From the NCBI GenBank assembly GCA_963717505.1, contig OY970342.1, positions 832,001 through 896,000 of the forward strand: a DNA stretch of 64,000 nucleotides. Direction: 5' to 3'. This document shows positions 20,609 through 31,476 of the stretch, piece by piece. Below the pieces are notes generated by a model that saw nothing but the letters and a program-made list of their open reading frames with translations, was not told the origin of the DNA and did no database searches. This DNA is from Candidatus Eiseniibacteriota bacterium. Its GTDB lineage: Bacteria; Eisenbacteria; RBG-16-71-46. The stretch's first letter is position 1, and every line of letters begins with the position of its first letter. The translations under genes and the position numbers were made by a program.

Positions 20609-23600
20609 TCAGCGAATGAGAAGGGCCCGCCCCACCCTCGATTCACCGCCAGCCCGAACCCTCACGATGTAGAACCCCGCCGGCGCCGGGCCCCCCTCGT
20701 CGGTCCTGCCGTCCCACACGACACTATGTGGGCCGGCTTCGAACGGGGCGTGACGAAGGGGCGTGGCCACCCGCTGGCCTTGCACATTGAACACTTCGAC
20801 GTCCACCCGCCCGGCGCGGGGTAGCCCGAATCGAACTAGCGACGCCCACTGGAACGGGTTGGGCGTGGGTGGATCCAGGACGAGCCGGGCCGGGATCTCC
20901 GCCGCGGAGGCGGTGTGCGTCTCGACGTACTCGGGTGTGCCCGCGACGATGTCGAGGCGGTAGGGACGACTGCCGGAGGAAACGATCACATGCCGCAAGA
21001 CGATTCCACCGTTCTCTGATGTGAGTGGGTCGATCGGAATATTTCGTTCCCGATCGTGAAGGCGGATCGTGAACACGGGTGAGGGCTGAAGGCCCGAGAT
21101 CTCGAGCGTGACGGGTTCTCCAGCCGTACTGCTGCGCACCTCGATCTCCCACGTCTGGCCTTCCGCTCCTTGGCTACGTAGGTCGCGCCGGTACGGACCC
21201 GACCATTCGCCCCAATCGGCGTGAACGAACGCCGCCTGGACCCACGATCCGGGTGGCGGTGGGGGCTCGGGCTGGTCGAGCAGGTCGAAGCCATCGACGG
21301 CATCGGTGTGGAGCCCGAGGACGTTGGACCCGTCCACAGCGACGGGGGTCAATGCCCGGAGCTGAAGGCTCCACGTTCCTTCCGGCACCTGGGTCGCTGG
21401 GGTGCTTGTGCCCGCTGCGGCCGTCCCCCGAGTAGGAAGTCGAGACGCCTCGCGCGGCGGTACCCACAGGGTCGCGGGTCCGGCCGCTTTGACGAAGTAG
21501 CCTTCGAAGGGTTCGAGGATCAAAACGCTGTCCCTATAGTCACCGAGTGAGGGATCGAACGCGACCGGGTCGCCGACCATGAGGGAATCCCTGCGCACGT
21601 CCGCCCAGGCCACCGGAAAGTCGAACGGATTTCCGAATTGATTCCATCCCGGAGCCAGGGGAATCGCGCGCTCGCGCCTGGTCGTCGTGGAATACCCGGA
21701 GAGGGGTTTCGTGTCGATGCGATGGGGCTCACGGCTGATGAGCCAGAACGCGCGCCCGGGCTCGGGCCGGAAGCGACTTGCCTCGGCGGCCGAGAACTCG
21801 ATGTTGCTTTCGCTGACTGGGTCGTACACAAACGAGCGCCAGCGCACGGGGTCGTAGGTGCCCAACTGGTCCGTCAGGAGCGCATCCAAACTGCCTGCGA
21901 AGTCGGAGCCAAAATCGAGGGGCACGCTGAGGATGCGGTACCGGCCGCCCGAGCGTGTGTGTTCTTCCGCCAGGTCCTGCACCTTCGTTCGCACGGTGTC
22001 GAATCCGCCCGCATCATCGGGATAGTGCAGCGTGTCCCTGAGGGTCATCACCTCGATGCGGTACTCGACTCCGCGTGGACCCACCGCCCGTGCGGGGATG
22101 AAGCCGACCGGGCGGCCCAGGAAGCCATGAGGCGCCAGCGAGTCGGATTCGAACCCCGACTCGCCGCCACGGCGGAAGTGGATCATCCCGGATTCAAAGA
22201 TCGCGCCTTCAGGCAACACGATCTCGACCTCGATATCGCGATTGGCCAGGAAATCCGATCCTGGCGTCGGACGTGGCACCGCATACATCGTGTCGGGCGG
22301 AGCAACCGCCTGCGTGAAAACAGAGTCCGGCGCGGTCGGTGGTGGTTGCCTTGCCGTGGAGTCGCTGTTCTCGACCCAGACGTAGTACTCGATACCGTAC
22401 TCGGTCACCTTCTGCGCAGGGATCGCCGCAATGAGGTCCTGCGCGAGCACGGTGAGCATCTCCGCATCGAACGCACCCCCGCCGCGCGCAGCTCTGAAGA
22501 ACAAGGTGCCACGCTCGACATGAACATCCCGCCTAGGCGTGACGACCACCACGATCGGCTTGCCAAGGGGAACTTCACGGGGCTCGCCCAGCACTCGGAC
22601 GTCGAATTCGAGCTTGAGCACGTTGGACTTGAGAATCACCTGCCGGCGCGGTTCCAATCGATCATTGCAGAGGATCACGATACTGTCCTGCGCTTGCAGA
22701 GGCGCCCTCGCCGCCAGGACCAGGGTTTCCACGACCGACTCGTTCCACGCCAGCTCGAAGGGCGCAGGCGGCCCGACTCGCAGCCCGGCCGAATCTCCGG
22801 TCGACGTCTTCGGCAGGAGAAAGCCCGTGACCTGAAGGGGCTCGAGCCCGCCGTTGGAGATCTGGAGCAGCGCCGAGACGGTGTCCCCCACGGTGACCGT
22901 CTTCAGCTCGATCTCGCCGGAAACCCGAATCACCGGGCGCAATGGACTCCACTCCATGGCCGAACGCAGGGAGAACGCCCAGGTCTGGAGGGAGTCGTCG
23001 CGGTTGCCGCCAAAGATCACCGCCCGGTCGTACGCAATATCGAGAACCGCGGTCAGGAATCTTCGTCGGCTGCCTGAGTTACCCATGTTGAGAATGGGAG
23101 ACCACGACGTGTCCGCAAACGTGAGCTCCCAAACGTCACTCCGGTATGGGTCGGAGGAGTAGCCGCCGCAAACGATCATTCGATCCCGAAGCGAATCGTA
23201 GAGGGCGGCGTGACCGTAGCGAACAAGTTGAGTGGGCCACGGCGGGACCAGCTCCCTCCATACCGATGTGTCCCCGAATGACAGCGCCCAGGTATCGTTG
23301 GGGGTCCAAGAGGTACCACCGAACACGATCATGCGGTCGCGGACGGGGTCGTAGATCGCGGAATGGCCGAGCCGCGGGGGGGGCAGTGGCCTCGAGATCG
23401 GGGGCTGCTCCCACTGCGGCGTCGGGGGAGCGAGACTAAGGCACCAAACATCCTCGAGCCCTGAGTTGGGATCGCCGCCACCGTAGATCACCACACGATC
23501 ACGGAGCGGGTCGTAGATTGCCGTGTGATAGACGCGCGCCTGCGGCTTGGGACCGGACGTGACTAGGCTGTCCCACGTGGGCGGATCCGACAGCGACAGG

Positions 23601-23956
23601 GTCCAGACATCGTCGAGTGCCTGCTTACCGACCTGACCACCGAAGATGATCATGCGATGGCGGACGGGATCGTACACGGCCGAGTGGCCGAAACGCGCGG
23701 ACGGAAGGGGTCCAGCCGTCACCAGCGTGCTCCAGGCTGGAGAGCGCCCGAGCGTCAGCTGCCATGTGCTGTCCGTGGGCTGGCCCTCGGCCAATCCCCC
23801 GAAAACGATCATGCGCTTACTCACGGGGTCGTAGATGGCCGCGTGGCTTTCGAGCGTCACGGGCTGGCACCAGGCCACGCCTTGCCAGACCATGGCGAGG
23901 ATCGCGGCAAGCTCCAACGCCCGGGGGCGGCGCGGCGATGCGAGTAACGCACACAT
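20609..23956 (-). CDS. Secreted Kelch-repeat protein with Ig-like domains and FlgD/T9SS-A-like CTD
   Basis: Six 'H(S/T)A(I/V)YDPxRxRMI(I/V)FGG'-type repeats; C-terminus 'TPNPF...VFNVQGQRV...WDGR...GFYIVRV...LLIR'. Confidence 0.88.
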   Translation of the reverse strand: MCALLASPRRPRALELAAILAMVWQGVAWCQPVTLESHAAIYDPVSKRMIVFGGLAEGQPTDSTWQLTLGRSPAWSTLVTAGPLPSARFGHSAVYDPVRHRMIIFGGQVGKQALDDVWTLSLSDPPTWDSLVTSGPKPQARVYHTAIYDPLRDRVVIYGGGDPNSGLEDVWCLSLAPPTPQWEQPPISRPLPPPRLGHSAIYDPVRDRMIVFGGTSWTPNDTWALSFGDTSVWRELVPPWPTQLVRYGHAALYDSLRDRMIVCGGYSSDPYRSDVWELTFADTSWSPILNMGNSGSRRRFLTAVLDIAYDRAVIFGGNRDDSLQTWAFSLRSAMEWSPLRPVIRVSGEIELKTVTVGDTVSALLQISNGGLEPLQVTGFLLPKTSTGDSAGLRVGPPAPFELAWNESVVETLVLAARAPLQAQDSIVILCNDRLEPRRQVILKSNVLKLEFDVRVLGEPREVPLGKPIVVVVTPRRDVHVERGTLFFRAARGGGAFDAEMLTVLAQDLIAAIPAQKVTEYGIEYYVWVENSDSTARQPPPTAPDSVFTQAVAPPDTMYAVPRPTPGSDFLANRDIEVEIVLPEGAIFESGMIHFRRGGESGFESDSLAPHGFLGRPVGFIPARAVGPRGVEYRIEVMTLRDTLHYPDDAGGFDTVRTKVQDLAEEHTRSGGRYRILSVPLDFGSDFAGSLDALLTDQLGTYDPVRWRSFVYDPVSESNIEFSAAEASRFRPEPGRAFWLISREPHRIDTKPLSGYSTTTRRERAIPLAPGWNQFGNPFDFPVAWADVRRDSLMVGDPVAFDPSLGDYRDSVLILEPFEGYFVKAAGPATLWVPPREASRLPTRGTAAAGTSTPATQVPEGTWSLQLRALTPVAVDGSNVLGLHTDAVDGFDLLDQPEPPPPPGSWVQAAFVHADWGEWSGPYRRDLRSQGAEGQTWEIEVRSSTAGEPVTLEISGLQPSPVFTIRLHDRERNIPIDPLTSENGGIVLRHVIVSSGSRPYRLDIVAGTPEYVETHTASAAEIPARLVLDPPTPNPFQWASLVRFGLPRAGRVDVEVFNVQGQRVATPLRHAPFEAGPHSVVWDGRTDEGGPAPAGFYIVRVRAGGESRVGRALLIR

Positions 23957-24030
23957 GGCGCGAGCCTAGCCCTCGGACAAAGGCGCGGGCAACCACCAGG
24001 CCGGGTTGTGTCGAGGGCGACGCGGTTACA

Positions 24031-25122
24031 CTAGTGCAGCCGCTTCCGGCGGTTCCTGACGAAATCCCGGAACACGTAGGCGCCCAGATTGTTGGGGTCG
24101 GTCTCGTAGATGCGCCCGTGGTTGAGCGCGGTCAGGCGCCGCACGAAGTCGAGCAGGGTCGGGTCGGTGGCCAGCATGAACGTGGTGATCGTGATCCGCT
24201 TGCGCCGGCACTGCGAGGCCTCGTCGAGCGTCTTGTTGACGATCTTGGGGTCGAGACCGAACGGGTTCTTGTAGAGCTTCCCGAACTCGCGGATCGCCGA
24301 GGGCTTGCCGTCGGTGATCATGAAGATCTGCTTGTTGACCCCCTTGCGCGCCTCGAGGATCCGGCGCGCGAGCTGGATGCCGGCGCGCGTGTTGGTGTGG
24401 TAGGGCCCAGCCTGGATCTTGAGCAGGTCCTTGAGCGGCACCTGCGCGGCGTCGTCGCCGAACAGCACGACGTCGAGCGAGTCCTTGGGGTAGCGGCTCT
24501 GGATGAGCTGAACCAGGGCGAGCGCGATCTTCTTGGCCGGCGTGATGCGATCCTCGCCGTAGAGGATCATGCTGTGGCTGATGTCGACCATGAGCACGGT
24601 GGCGCAGGCCGAGAGGTTCTCCTGCTCGAACACCGACAGGTCCTCTTCGGTCACCGACAGGTCGTCGACTCCGGAACGCTTGACCGCATTGCTGATGGTG
24701 CCCAGTGGATCGAGATCCGACAGGTTGTCACCGAACTGATAGGCGCGAGTCTCCGACAGGCGTTCGCCACCCTTGCCCGCGTTCGGCGTTCGATGGTCCC
24801 CGGATTGCCCTGCTTCGAGCGTGCTGAAGATCTCGTTCAACGAATCCTGGCGGATGCGCTTCTCGCCTTTGGGCGTCATCTGATACCCACCCGGCGTGCG
24901 CTCAGCTTCACCCGTTTGCTCGAGCAACTTCTTGAAGTCCTCGATCCCGAACTTCTCGTTGAAGAACCCGTACTGCTCGCCGAAGTGCTCCATCCAGCGC
25001 AGCGCTTCGTCGACGTCGCCGCCGGTCTGGAGCAGGATCTGCCGGTACATGTCCATCAACTGCTTGATGAACTCGATGTCTTCGGGCCGGGGGCCGCGCC
25101 ATTTGGTGTAGTCGAAGCGCAT
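24031..25122 (-). CDS. VWA domain protein (partner of the AAA+ ATPase at 26793-28301)
   Basis: MIDAS motifs DISHS, HTNT, MITDG. Confidence 0.9.
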   Translation of the reverse strand: MRFDYTKWRGPRPEDIEFIKQLMDMYRQILLQTGGDVDEALRWMEHFGEQYGFFNEKFGIEDFKKLLEQTGEAERTPGGYQMTPKGEKRIRQDSLNEIFSTLEAGQSGDHRTPNAGKGGERLSETRAYQFGDNLSDLDPLGTISNAVKRSGVDDLSVTEEDLSVFEQENLSACATVLMVDISHSMILYGEDRITPAKKIALALVQLIQSRYPKDSLDVVLFGDDAAQVPLKDLLKIQAGPYHTNTRAGIQLARRILEARKGVNKQIFMITDGKPSAIREFGKLYKNPFGLDPKIVNKTLDEASQCRRKRITITTFMLATDPTLLDFVRRLTALNHGRIYETDPNNLGAYVFRDFVRNRRKRLH

Positions 25123-25124
25123 GC

Positions 25125-26740
25125 CTAGCTCCTGCGACCCACGGTGGTTTCGGGCGCGCGCGGCGGCGATGCCGGGCGCGTCTGCTCCACGGCCAGCGCC
25201 ACGCGCAGCGCCGTGTTCTCGTCCCAGGGGCGCGCAACCACCTGCACCGCGAGCGGCAGGCTCGACGCGGTCTCGCCGGCCGGAACCACCACGGCGGGCC
25301 AGCCGAGCGCGTTGAACGGCGACGTGAAGCGCACCGACGACGGTACGCCGAGCACCGGCGCCGGCTCCGGCATCGCGGGCAATACCAGCGCGTCCACGCC
25401 GTCGAACACCGAAAGCGCGCGACGCGAGAGACCGGCGCGCGCCTGCCGGGCACGCGCGTAGGACTGCGGCCCGTACGCGAATCCGGCGAGCAGGCGCTGG
25501 CGGCAGAAGTCACCGTAGAGTTCGGGTCGCGAGCGCAGATCGGCCTCGTGGTAGGCCCCGGCCTCGGCGGCGAGGATCGCGTAGTTGACCACGCGCAGCG
25601 CGTCGAATTCGCGCAGCGTGACGTCGCGCAGTGCCGCGCCCGAACGCTCGAGGCTCGCGAGGGTGCGGCGCCAGACCGCAACTGCCTCGCTGCCGGCGAT
25701 CGACTCCACGGCGGGATTCACCAGCACACCCACCTTGAACACGCGCACGCCGCCGGCCAGGTCAGACTGCCAGGTCCTGGGTGCGCGCTGCGTCCGCGGG
25801 TCGCGCGGGTCGGGACCGGCGATCGCTTCGAGCACCAGTGCTGCGTCGGCGACCGTCGTGGTGATCGGTCCGGCGTGATCCAGCGACCAGGCGAGGGGGA
25901 TTGCGCCGTGCAGGCTCACGCGGCCGAAGGTCGGCTTGAGGCCGACCGCGCCGCAGTTCGCCGCCGGAATGCGGATCGAGCCGCCGGTGTCGCTGCCGAT
26001 CGCCGCGAGCGCCATGCCGTCGGCGACCGCAGCACCGGAGCCACTGCTCGAGCCACCCGCGTCGCGCGAGAGATCGTGCGGGTTCGAGGTCGGGCCGAAG
26101 TGCGGGTTGTTCGAGCCGGGCGAATACGCGAACTCGGGCATGCGCGTCTTTCCGACGATCACGGCACCCGCCTGCTGCAGGCGCTCGACCACCGCGGCGT
26201 CGAAGTCGTCCGGACGATCCCGCAGCAGGGAACCGGCGGTGGCCACGGTGCCCGCCATCGCGTACAGGTCCTTGACCGCGATCGGAATGCCGTGCAGCGG
26301 CCCGCGCCAGTCCCGGGAATGGATGGCCAGCTCGGCCCGCTTGGCCGCCAATCGGGCGCGATCGACCAGCACCGTCTGAAACGCGTTCAGCTCGATCTCG
26401 CGAGCCGCGATGCGCGCGAGGCATTGCTCGAGCAGCTCGACCGGAGAGACCGCACCCGAGCGGAGCCGCGGCGCCAGGTCGGCAATCGAGTTGCCGCTCG
26501 TGCCGGCCTCAGCGTCGCGCGCCGGCGGCGCGGCCGGCGGATCCGGCGGGTTCGTGTCGGCCATTTCGGGCACGGTGTCGACCGGCACGCCGGCCACCGC
26601 GGCTTCGAACTCGACCACGTTCGCGAGCATTCCCGATGCCAGGATGCCATCGAGGTCGCTGGCGGACAGCGTGATCCCCACCGCCTGCAGGTTCGCATGC
26701 AGCCGGTCGAGGACGACTCTGGGTGGCCGGTGGTCCTTCA
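25125..26740 (-). CDS. Amidase-signature family enzyme (GatA/AtzE-like)
   Basis: GIPIAVKDL, GKTRMPEF, GGSSSGSG, GSDTGGSIRIPA. ORF is open to 26771. Confidence 0.92.
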
Positions 26741-26792
26741 TTGGCTCTGGAGCCTCATCTCTGGGCGGCAATCCGTTTGCGCCGGCCCGGGC

Positions 26793-28301
26793 TCAGTCGT
26801 CGCCGAGCCCCGACAACATGCTCTTGAGCATGTCCTTGAAGCTGGTCGCCGCACCATCACTCCGGTCGCGCGACAACATCGAGTGCTGATGCAGGCCTTC
26901 GAGCACCAGCTCCATGGCCACGGCGCGCTCGGCGTCGTGGACCTTCATGTGCCGGCCGACCAGCTCCGGCAGGCCTTTGACCTCGCCCAGCGCATGCGCG
27001 TACTCGTCCTGCGGCATGTCGTCGGTGATCTCGACGTGGTTGCCCGAGGCGAACCACTCGAGGATCGGCCGATACTCCGAGGTCGCCAGCTCGCTCTCGG
27101 CTCCGCCGGCCAGCTCCCCGGCGGCGGCACGCTTCGAGCGGCGCGGCTTGTAGGCGTCCGGGAAGCGCTGGGCGAACAGCGACTTGATGCCGCGGCCCAG
27201 CAGTGCCCGCGCCACGTTGATCGCGCCCTCCTGCTCGCCCTCGAGCACCAGCTCGACCTTGCCGCTGACCGCCGAGACCGCCTGCTGCAGGTCGCATATC
27301 CGCGCCACCACCTGTTTTTCGCCGGTCACCAGCCCGCGGCGTTCGGCGTTCGACACCACGTTCTCGATCAGCGCGATCGGCAAACGCGCCGACACGCCGG
27401 AATTCTGGTCGACGTACTCGCTCTTGCGCGCCTGGATCGCGACCTCCTCGATCAGCTCGCGCAGAAACGCCGGGAGGGTCACGCCGATGCCGCCCCGGTC
27501 GGTCCACGACTCCTGCGCGGTGATCGCCATGCCGTCTTCGCGGCGCTGCGGATAGTGGGTGATGATCTGCGAATTGATGCGGTCGCGCAGCGGCGTGATG
27601 ATGTTGCCGCGGTTCGTGTAGTCCTCGGGGTTCGCCGAGAACACCATCAGCAGATCGAGCGGCATGCGCACCGGGAAACCGCGGATCTGGAAATCCTTCT
27701 CCTCGAGAATGTTGAGCAGGCCGACCTGGATGCGCGGCTGGAGGTCGGGCAGCTCGTTGATCGCGAAGATGCCGCGATTGGTGTGCGGGATGATGCCGTA
27801 GTGGATGACCCGCTCGTCCGAGTAGTCGAGGCGCAGCGTTGCGGCCTTGATCGGATCGATGTCGCCGATCAGGTCGGCGATCGTGACATCGGGGGTCGCC
27901 AGCTTCTCCTGGTAGCGCTGGTCGCGGTGGATCCACACGATCGGGGTCGCCTCGCCGCGGGTCTCGAGCAGGGTTCTCGCGTGATGCGACTGGGGCTGGA
28001 ACGGATCGCTGTTGAGCGGACAGCCGTCGATCGCCGGAATCCACTCGTCGAGGAACTGGACCAGCGAGCGCAACAGACGGGTCTTGGCCTGCCCGCGCAG
28101 GCCGAGCAGGATGAAGTCATGACGCGACAGCAGCGCGTTGACGATCTGCGGCTCGACGGTGTGCTCGTAGCCGACGATGCCCGGGAACAACGGCTGCCGC
28201 GCGCGCAGGCGCGCGATGACGTTGGCGCGCAGCTCGTCGCGCACGGTGCGCGAGTGGTATCCGGCGGCCTTGAGCTCCCCGAGAGTGCCGGGTCGTGACA
28301 T
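26793..28301 (-). CDS. Magnesium-chelatase-like / MoxR-related AAA+ ATPase
   Basis: GLRGQAKT, ATPDVTIADLIGDIDPIK, INELPDL, ANPEDYTNRG. Confidence 0.9.
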   Translation of the reverse strand: MSRPGTLGELKAAGYHSRTVRDELRANVIARLRARQPLFPGIVGYEHTVEPQIVNALLSRHDFILLGLRGQAKTRLLRSLVQFLDEWIPAIDGCPLNSDPFQPQSHHARTLLETRGEATPIVWIHRDQRYQEKLATPDVTIADLIGDIDPIKAATLRLDYSDERVIHYGIIPHTNRGIFAINELPDLQPRIQVGLLNILEEKDFQIRGFPVRMPLDLLMVFSANPEDYTNRGNIITPLRDRINSQIITHYPQRREDGMAITAQESWTDRGGIGVTLPAFLRELIEEVAIQARKSEYVDQNSGVSARLPIALIENVVSNAERRGLVTGEKQVVARICDLQQAVSAVSGKVELVLEGEQEGAINVARALLGRGIKSLFAQRFPDAYKPRRSKRAAAGELAGGAESELATSEYRPILEWFASGNHVEITDDMPQDEYAHALGEVKGLPELVGRHMKVHDAERAVAMELVLEGLHQHSMLSRDRSDGAATSFKDMLKSMLSGLGDD

Positions 28302-28430
28302 GAGTGGGTCTCCAGAGGCGTCGGCGTGGCAGGTGGCGCGGCCGGGCCCTCAGTTTAGGTCGGGTGGGCGGGCCGGGCAACGTCCCCACCGAGTTCAGGA
28401 CTGTCATCGGCACCTGCTAGGTTGCCCAAC

Positions 28431-29579
28431 ATGACTCGCGACCCCGCGTTCGAGGCCGAATGCCGGTCCCTGGTCGACGCGGTCCGCCGGTTCCCCACGC
28501 TCGTGGCACTGCGCGAAAGCCCGGAGTGGCGGGATCTCGGCCCGCGGCTGACGCGCGTCCTCGGCACGGTGCGCCGGACGCCGCCTCCGGCGACGTCCAC
28601 CCCGACGCCGCACCGCGACCACGTCCGCGCCGTCCACTGGAACATCGAGCACGGCAACTGGTACCCGCAGGTCGAACAGGCGCTGCGCGAGAACCCGGCG
28701 CTCGCGGACGCCGATCTGGTGAGCCTGAACGAGATCGATCTCGGCATGGCACGCGCCGGCAATCGTGACGTCGCCGCCGATCTCGCTGCTGCGCTCGGCA
28801 TGTACGGCGCATGGGCGCCGCTGTTCCTCGAGACCACGGTCGGCCGCGACGACGATGCGACCACCGCCGCCGGCCTCGAGAATCACGAGTCGTTGTTCGG
28901 GGTCGCGATCCTGTCGCGCTGGCCGATCGGTGAGGCGCGCATCATCGATCTGCCGAGCCCCGAGCGCTATCAGTTCGACCTCGAGCGCATGTACGGCCGG
29001 CACATCGCGCTGGTCGTGGTCATCGAGCGGCCGGGCGCGCCGTTCGTGGCGGTGACCGTCCACCTCGAGGTGCACCGGACGCGCCGCCACCGGGCCGATC
29101 AGGTGCGCGTGATCACCGAGACACTGGCCGGCGAGAAGCGACCCATCATTCTCGCCGGCGACTTCAACTCGCACACCTTCGATCGCGGACGTCCGTGGGA
29201 CGTCGCCGCCGGTGCGGCGGCACTGCTCCTGAGCCCGGGTGAAACGCTGCGCAACCGCCTGCTCATGCCCGACCGGGGCCCGGCGCGCGAGCCGCTGTTC
29301 GACGAGCTGCGCGCGGCCGGCTTCGAATGGCAGGCCTACGCCGACTACGAATCGACGCTCCAGCTCCGGTTCGACCGCATCGACGAAGTCCGTTTGTTGC
29401 CGGGATTCGTCAGGGGCATGGCCGATCGCGTGCTGGCGTGGGCCGAGCGGCGCGCATCGCTCCGGCTCGATTGGTTCGCCGGGCGCGGCTGGTCGGGCGG
29501 CCGAGGGTTCACCGTCCCGGGAATCCACGGGCCGGGTAAGGCGTCCGACCACGCGCCGATCGTGGCGGAGTTTCGCTGA
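28431..29579 (+). CDS. Endonuclease/exonuclease/phosphatase family protein
   Basis: HWNIE, LNE, GVAILSR, VHL, AGDFN, SDHAPI. Confidence 0.9.
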   Translation: MTRDPAFEAECRSLVDAVRRFPTLVALRESPEWRDLGPRLTRVLGTVRRTPPPATSTPTPHRDHVRAVHWNIEHGNWYPQVEQALRENPALADADLVSLNEIDLGMARAGNRDVAADLAAALGMYGAWAPLFLETTVGRDDDATTAAGLENHESLFGVAILSRWPIGEARIIDLPSPERYQFDLERMYGRHIALVVVIERPGAPFVAVTVHLEVHRTRRHRADQVRVITETLAGEKRPIILAGDFNSHTFDRGRPWDVAAGAAALLLSPGETLRNRLLMPDRGPAREPLFDELRAAGFEWQAYADYESTLQLRFDRIDEVRLLPGFVRGMADRVLAWAERRASLRLDWFAGRGWSGGRGFTVPGIHGPGKASDHAPIVAEFR

Positions 29580-29588
29580 TTGCGGACG

Positions 29589-31385
29589 CTACGAGGCCCG
29601 CGGGCGCAATCGCTCGAGAAACGGCGCCTCGCGTGCCGGGTCGGCGAATCCGTCGAAGTAGAAGCGACGACTCTTCCCGTACATGTCCGCGACCGCCGAA
29701 TCGGGAAGGCTCGGCATGTCGGCGATGAACCGGTCGAGGATCGCCGTGAAGTCCTCGACCCGCGCTCCGCGCCGCCGCAACTCGGTCATGATCGGCGGAT
29801 CCCAGGTCAGCACCGTCGCTTTGGCGGACCGGTAGTGAAGCGGCAGCGCCGGCACCTGCCGACTGAGCGAGTCGAACGAGACCGGATCCCACCCGAGAAA
29901 GAAGTGGGCGCGCCGTTGATCGATCAGGTAGGAACTCGACGCCTGCTTCTCGTGCCCGACGCGGCCCCGGCGCTCGAGCCTCTGGCGCGCAACCGTGGCG
30001 TCGGTCAGGCCCGCTCCGGCTTCGATCGCGACCGGAACCGCCGAGTAGTAGGCGACGATCGCCTGAGTACCGTTCACCACGCCGCGGATCGGCAGACCGC
30101 GGGTCAGCTCCTCCAATTCGAGGCCGCGCCGGCGGGCCCCCGCGCGATCGACCCCCAGGTAGTAGTCGCGCTCGCTCACGATGCCATGCACGAACGCATT
30201 GCGGTCGAACGGCTCGATCGCCAGGCCAATGCTGGCGACGACGGCGGCGGCCGCGAATGCCGGGAAGGTCGCTGCGAGCCGCGGGCGGAGCGCCCAGCGC
30301 GCGGCCAGGTCGCCGAGGGCGCGCTCCACGGCGATCGCGTAGAACGGGGTCGCGGGGATCAGAAGACGCGCGAACATGAAGTCCCCGCCGACGCGGATCA
30401 CGTAGGCGGTGTAGGCCAGAGCAAAGAGCGAGGCGAGTGTCGCGGGAGCGAGCGATGTCGCATGAGCGGAACGCCCCGGCACCGGCCACAGGCAGTGAGC
30501 CGCCCACGAGACCATCGTGAGCAACGGACCGGCGAGGAGCATCGGGTACTTCTGGAAATAGAGTTGGGCATACAACCAACCCTGGCCATACCAGGCCGTG
30601 GCCGCCGACTTGGCGTAGAACGTGTTCGGCAGGAGATCGCCGTAGTAGGCGAGCTTCCATAGAGCATAGGGACCGCCCACCGCGACCAGCACGGCCGAGT
30701 AGGCGAGCGCGGTCGCGAGCCGTCTGCCGGCAAACGCGGCCAGGTAAGCGCCGCCGAGTACACAGAAGAGGACGCCATCGGGGCGCGTCAGTGCGGCGGC
30801 CGCCAGGAGGAATCCCGCGAGAGCCGACCGGCGAATCGCGACCGACCTCTCCTGCGATTCGGGTACTGAGCCGGCCGACACCAGAGCCACGTATCCCGCG
30901 ACCACGAGGAGCGTGAAGAGTGCGGTCTCGAGCCCGCTGGTCGCGAACACTGCCGCGTCCTCGTGAAACGCGAGCATCAGCGCCGCGAGCGGCACCAGGA
31001 GCGGACCCCGGCGGCGAAACGCGGGCGACGAGATCGCTACCAACGCGATGGTCGCGAGGTAGCATGCGATGCTGGCGGCATTCGCCCACGCTTCGGCGGT
31101 AGCGCCCAGGCGCAAGCCGAGTGCGCACCACAGGGTCCAGAGGAAGTTCGTGTAGCCCTCGACCCGCTCGCCGGCGTTGAAGACGAGACCGAGGCCCTCC
31201 ACCAGGTTGCGCGCATAGCGGAACGAGATGTAGGCGTCGTCGCTGATCCACGCGAGCCGCACCGCTTGAAAGGCGCCGGCGACCATCGCGACCGCGGAAA
31301 GCAGGAGGGCGACCCGTCGCGAGGGCGACAGGCCTTCCGAAGACGATCGAGTCTCAGTGGAAGCCGTGCGGATCGGATCGATCAC
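29589..31385 (-). CDS. Polytopic membrane GT-C-fold glycosyltransferase (AftB-like)
   Basis: 'DDAYISFRYARNLVEGLGLVFNAGERVEGYTNFLW', SGLET, TRPDG, 'YYGDLLPNTFYAK', many TM helices. Start inferred at GTG 31385. Confidence 0.85.
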   Translation of the reverse strand: MIDPIRTASTETRSSSEGLSPSRRVALLLSAVAMVAGAFQAVRLAWISDDAYISFRYARNLVEGLGLVFNAGERVEGYTNFLWTLWCALGLRLGATAEAWANAASIACYLATIALVAISSPAFRRRGPLLVPLAALMLAFHEDAAVFATSGLETALFTLLVVAGYVALVSAGSVPESQERSVAIRRSALAGFLLAAAALTRPDGVLFCVLGGAYLAAFAGRRLATALAYSAVLVAVGGPYALWKLAYYGDLLPNTFYAKSAATAWYGQGWLYAQLYFQKYPMLLAGPLLTMVSWAAHCLWPVPGRSAHATSLAPATLASLFALAYTAYVIRVGGDFMFARLLIPATPFYAIAVERALGDLAARWALRPRLAATFPAFAAAAVVASIGLAIEPFDRNAFVHGIVSERDYYLGVDRAGARRRGLELEELTRGLPIRGVVNGTQAIVAYYSAVPVAIEAGAGLTDATVARQRLERRGRVGHEKQASSSYLIDQRRAHFFLGWDPVSFDSLSRQVPALPLHYRSAKATVLTWDPPIMTELRRRGARVEDFTAILDRFIADMPSLPDSAVADMYGKSRRFYFDGFADPAREAPFLERLRPRAS

Positions 31386-31476
31386 CGCCAATGCCCTCGG
31401 GGTCCCACGCGAGCGGGGGGTAGCGTATGATGTTGCACCGCCTCGGTAGCTTTCGGCCTGTGGAGACCCCTCCTTG

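Noticed and set aside
25548-28298. 916-aa plus-strand ORF (similarly 3694-5859, 41216-43858, 51182-53962)
   Set aside because: Antisense shadows of well-supported genes, expected in high-GC DNA; no recognisable motifs.
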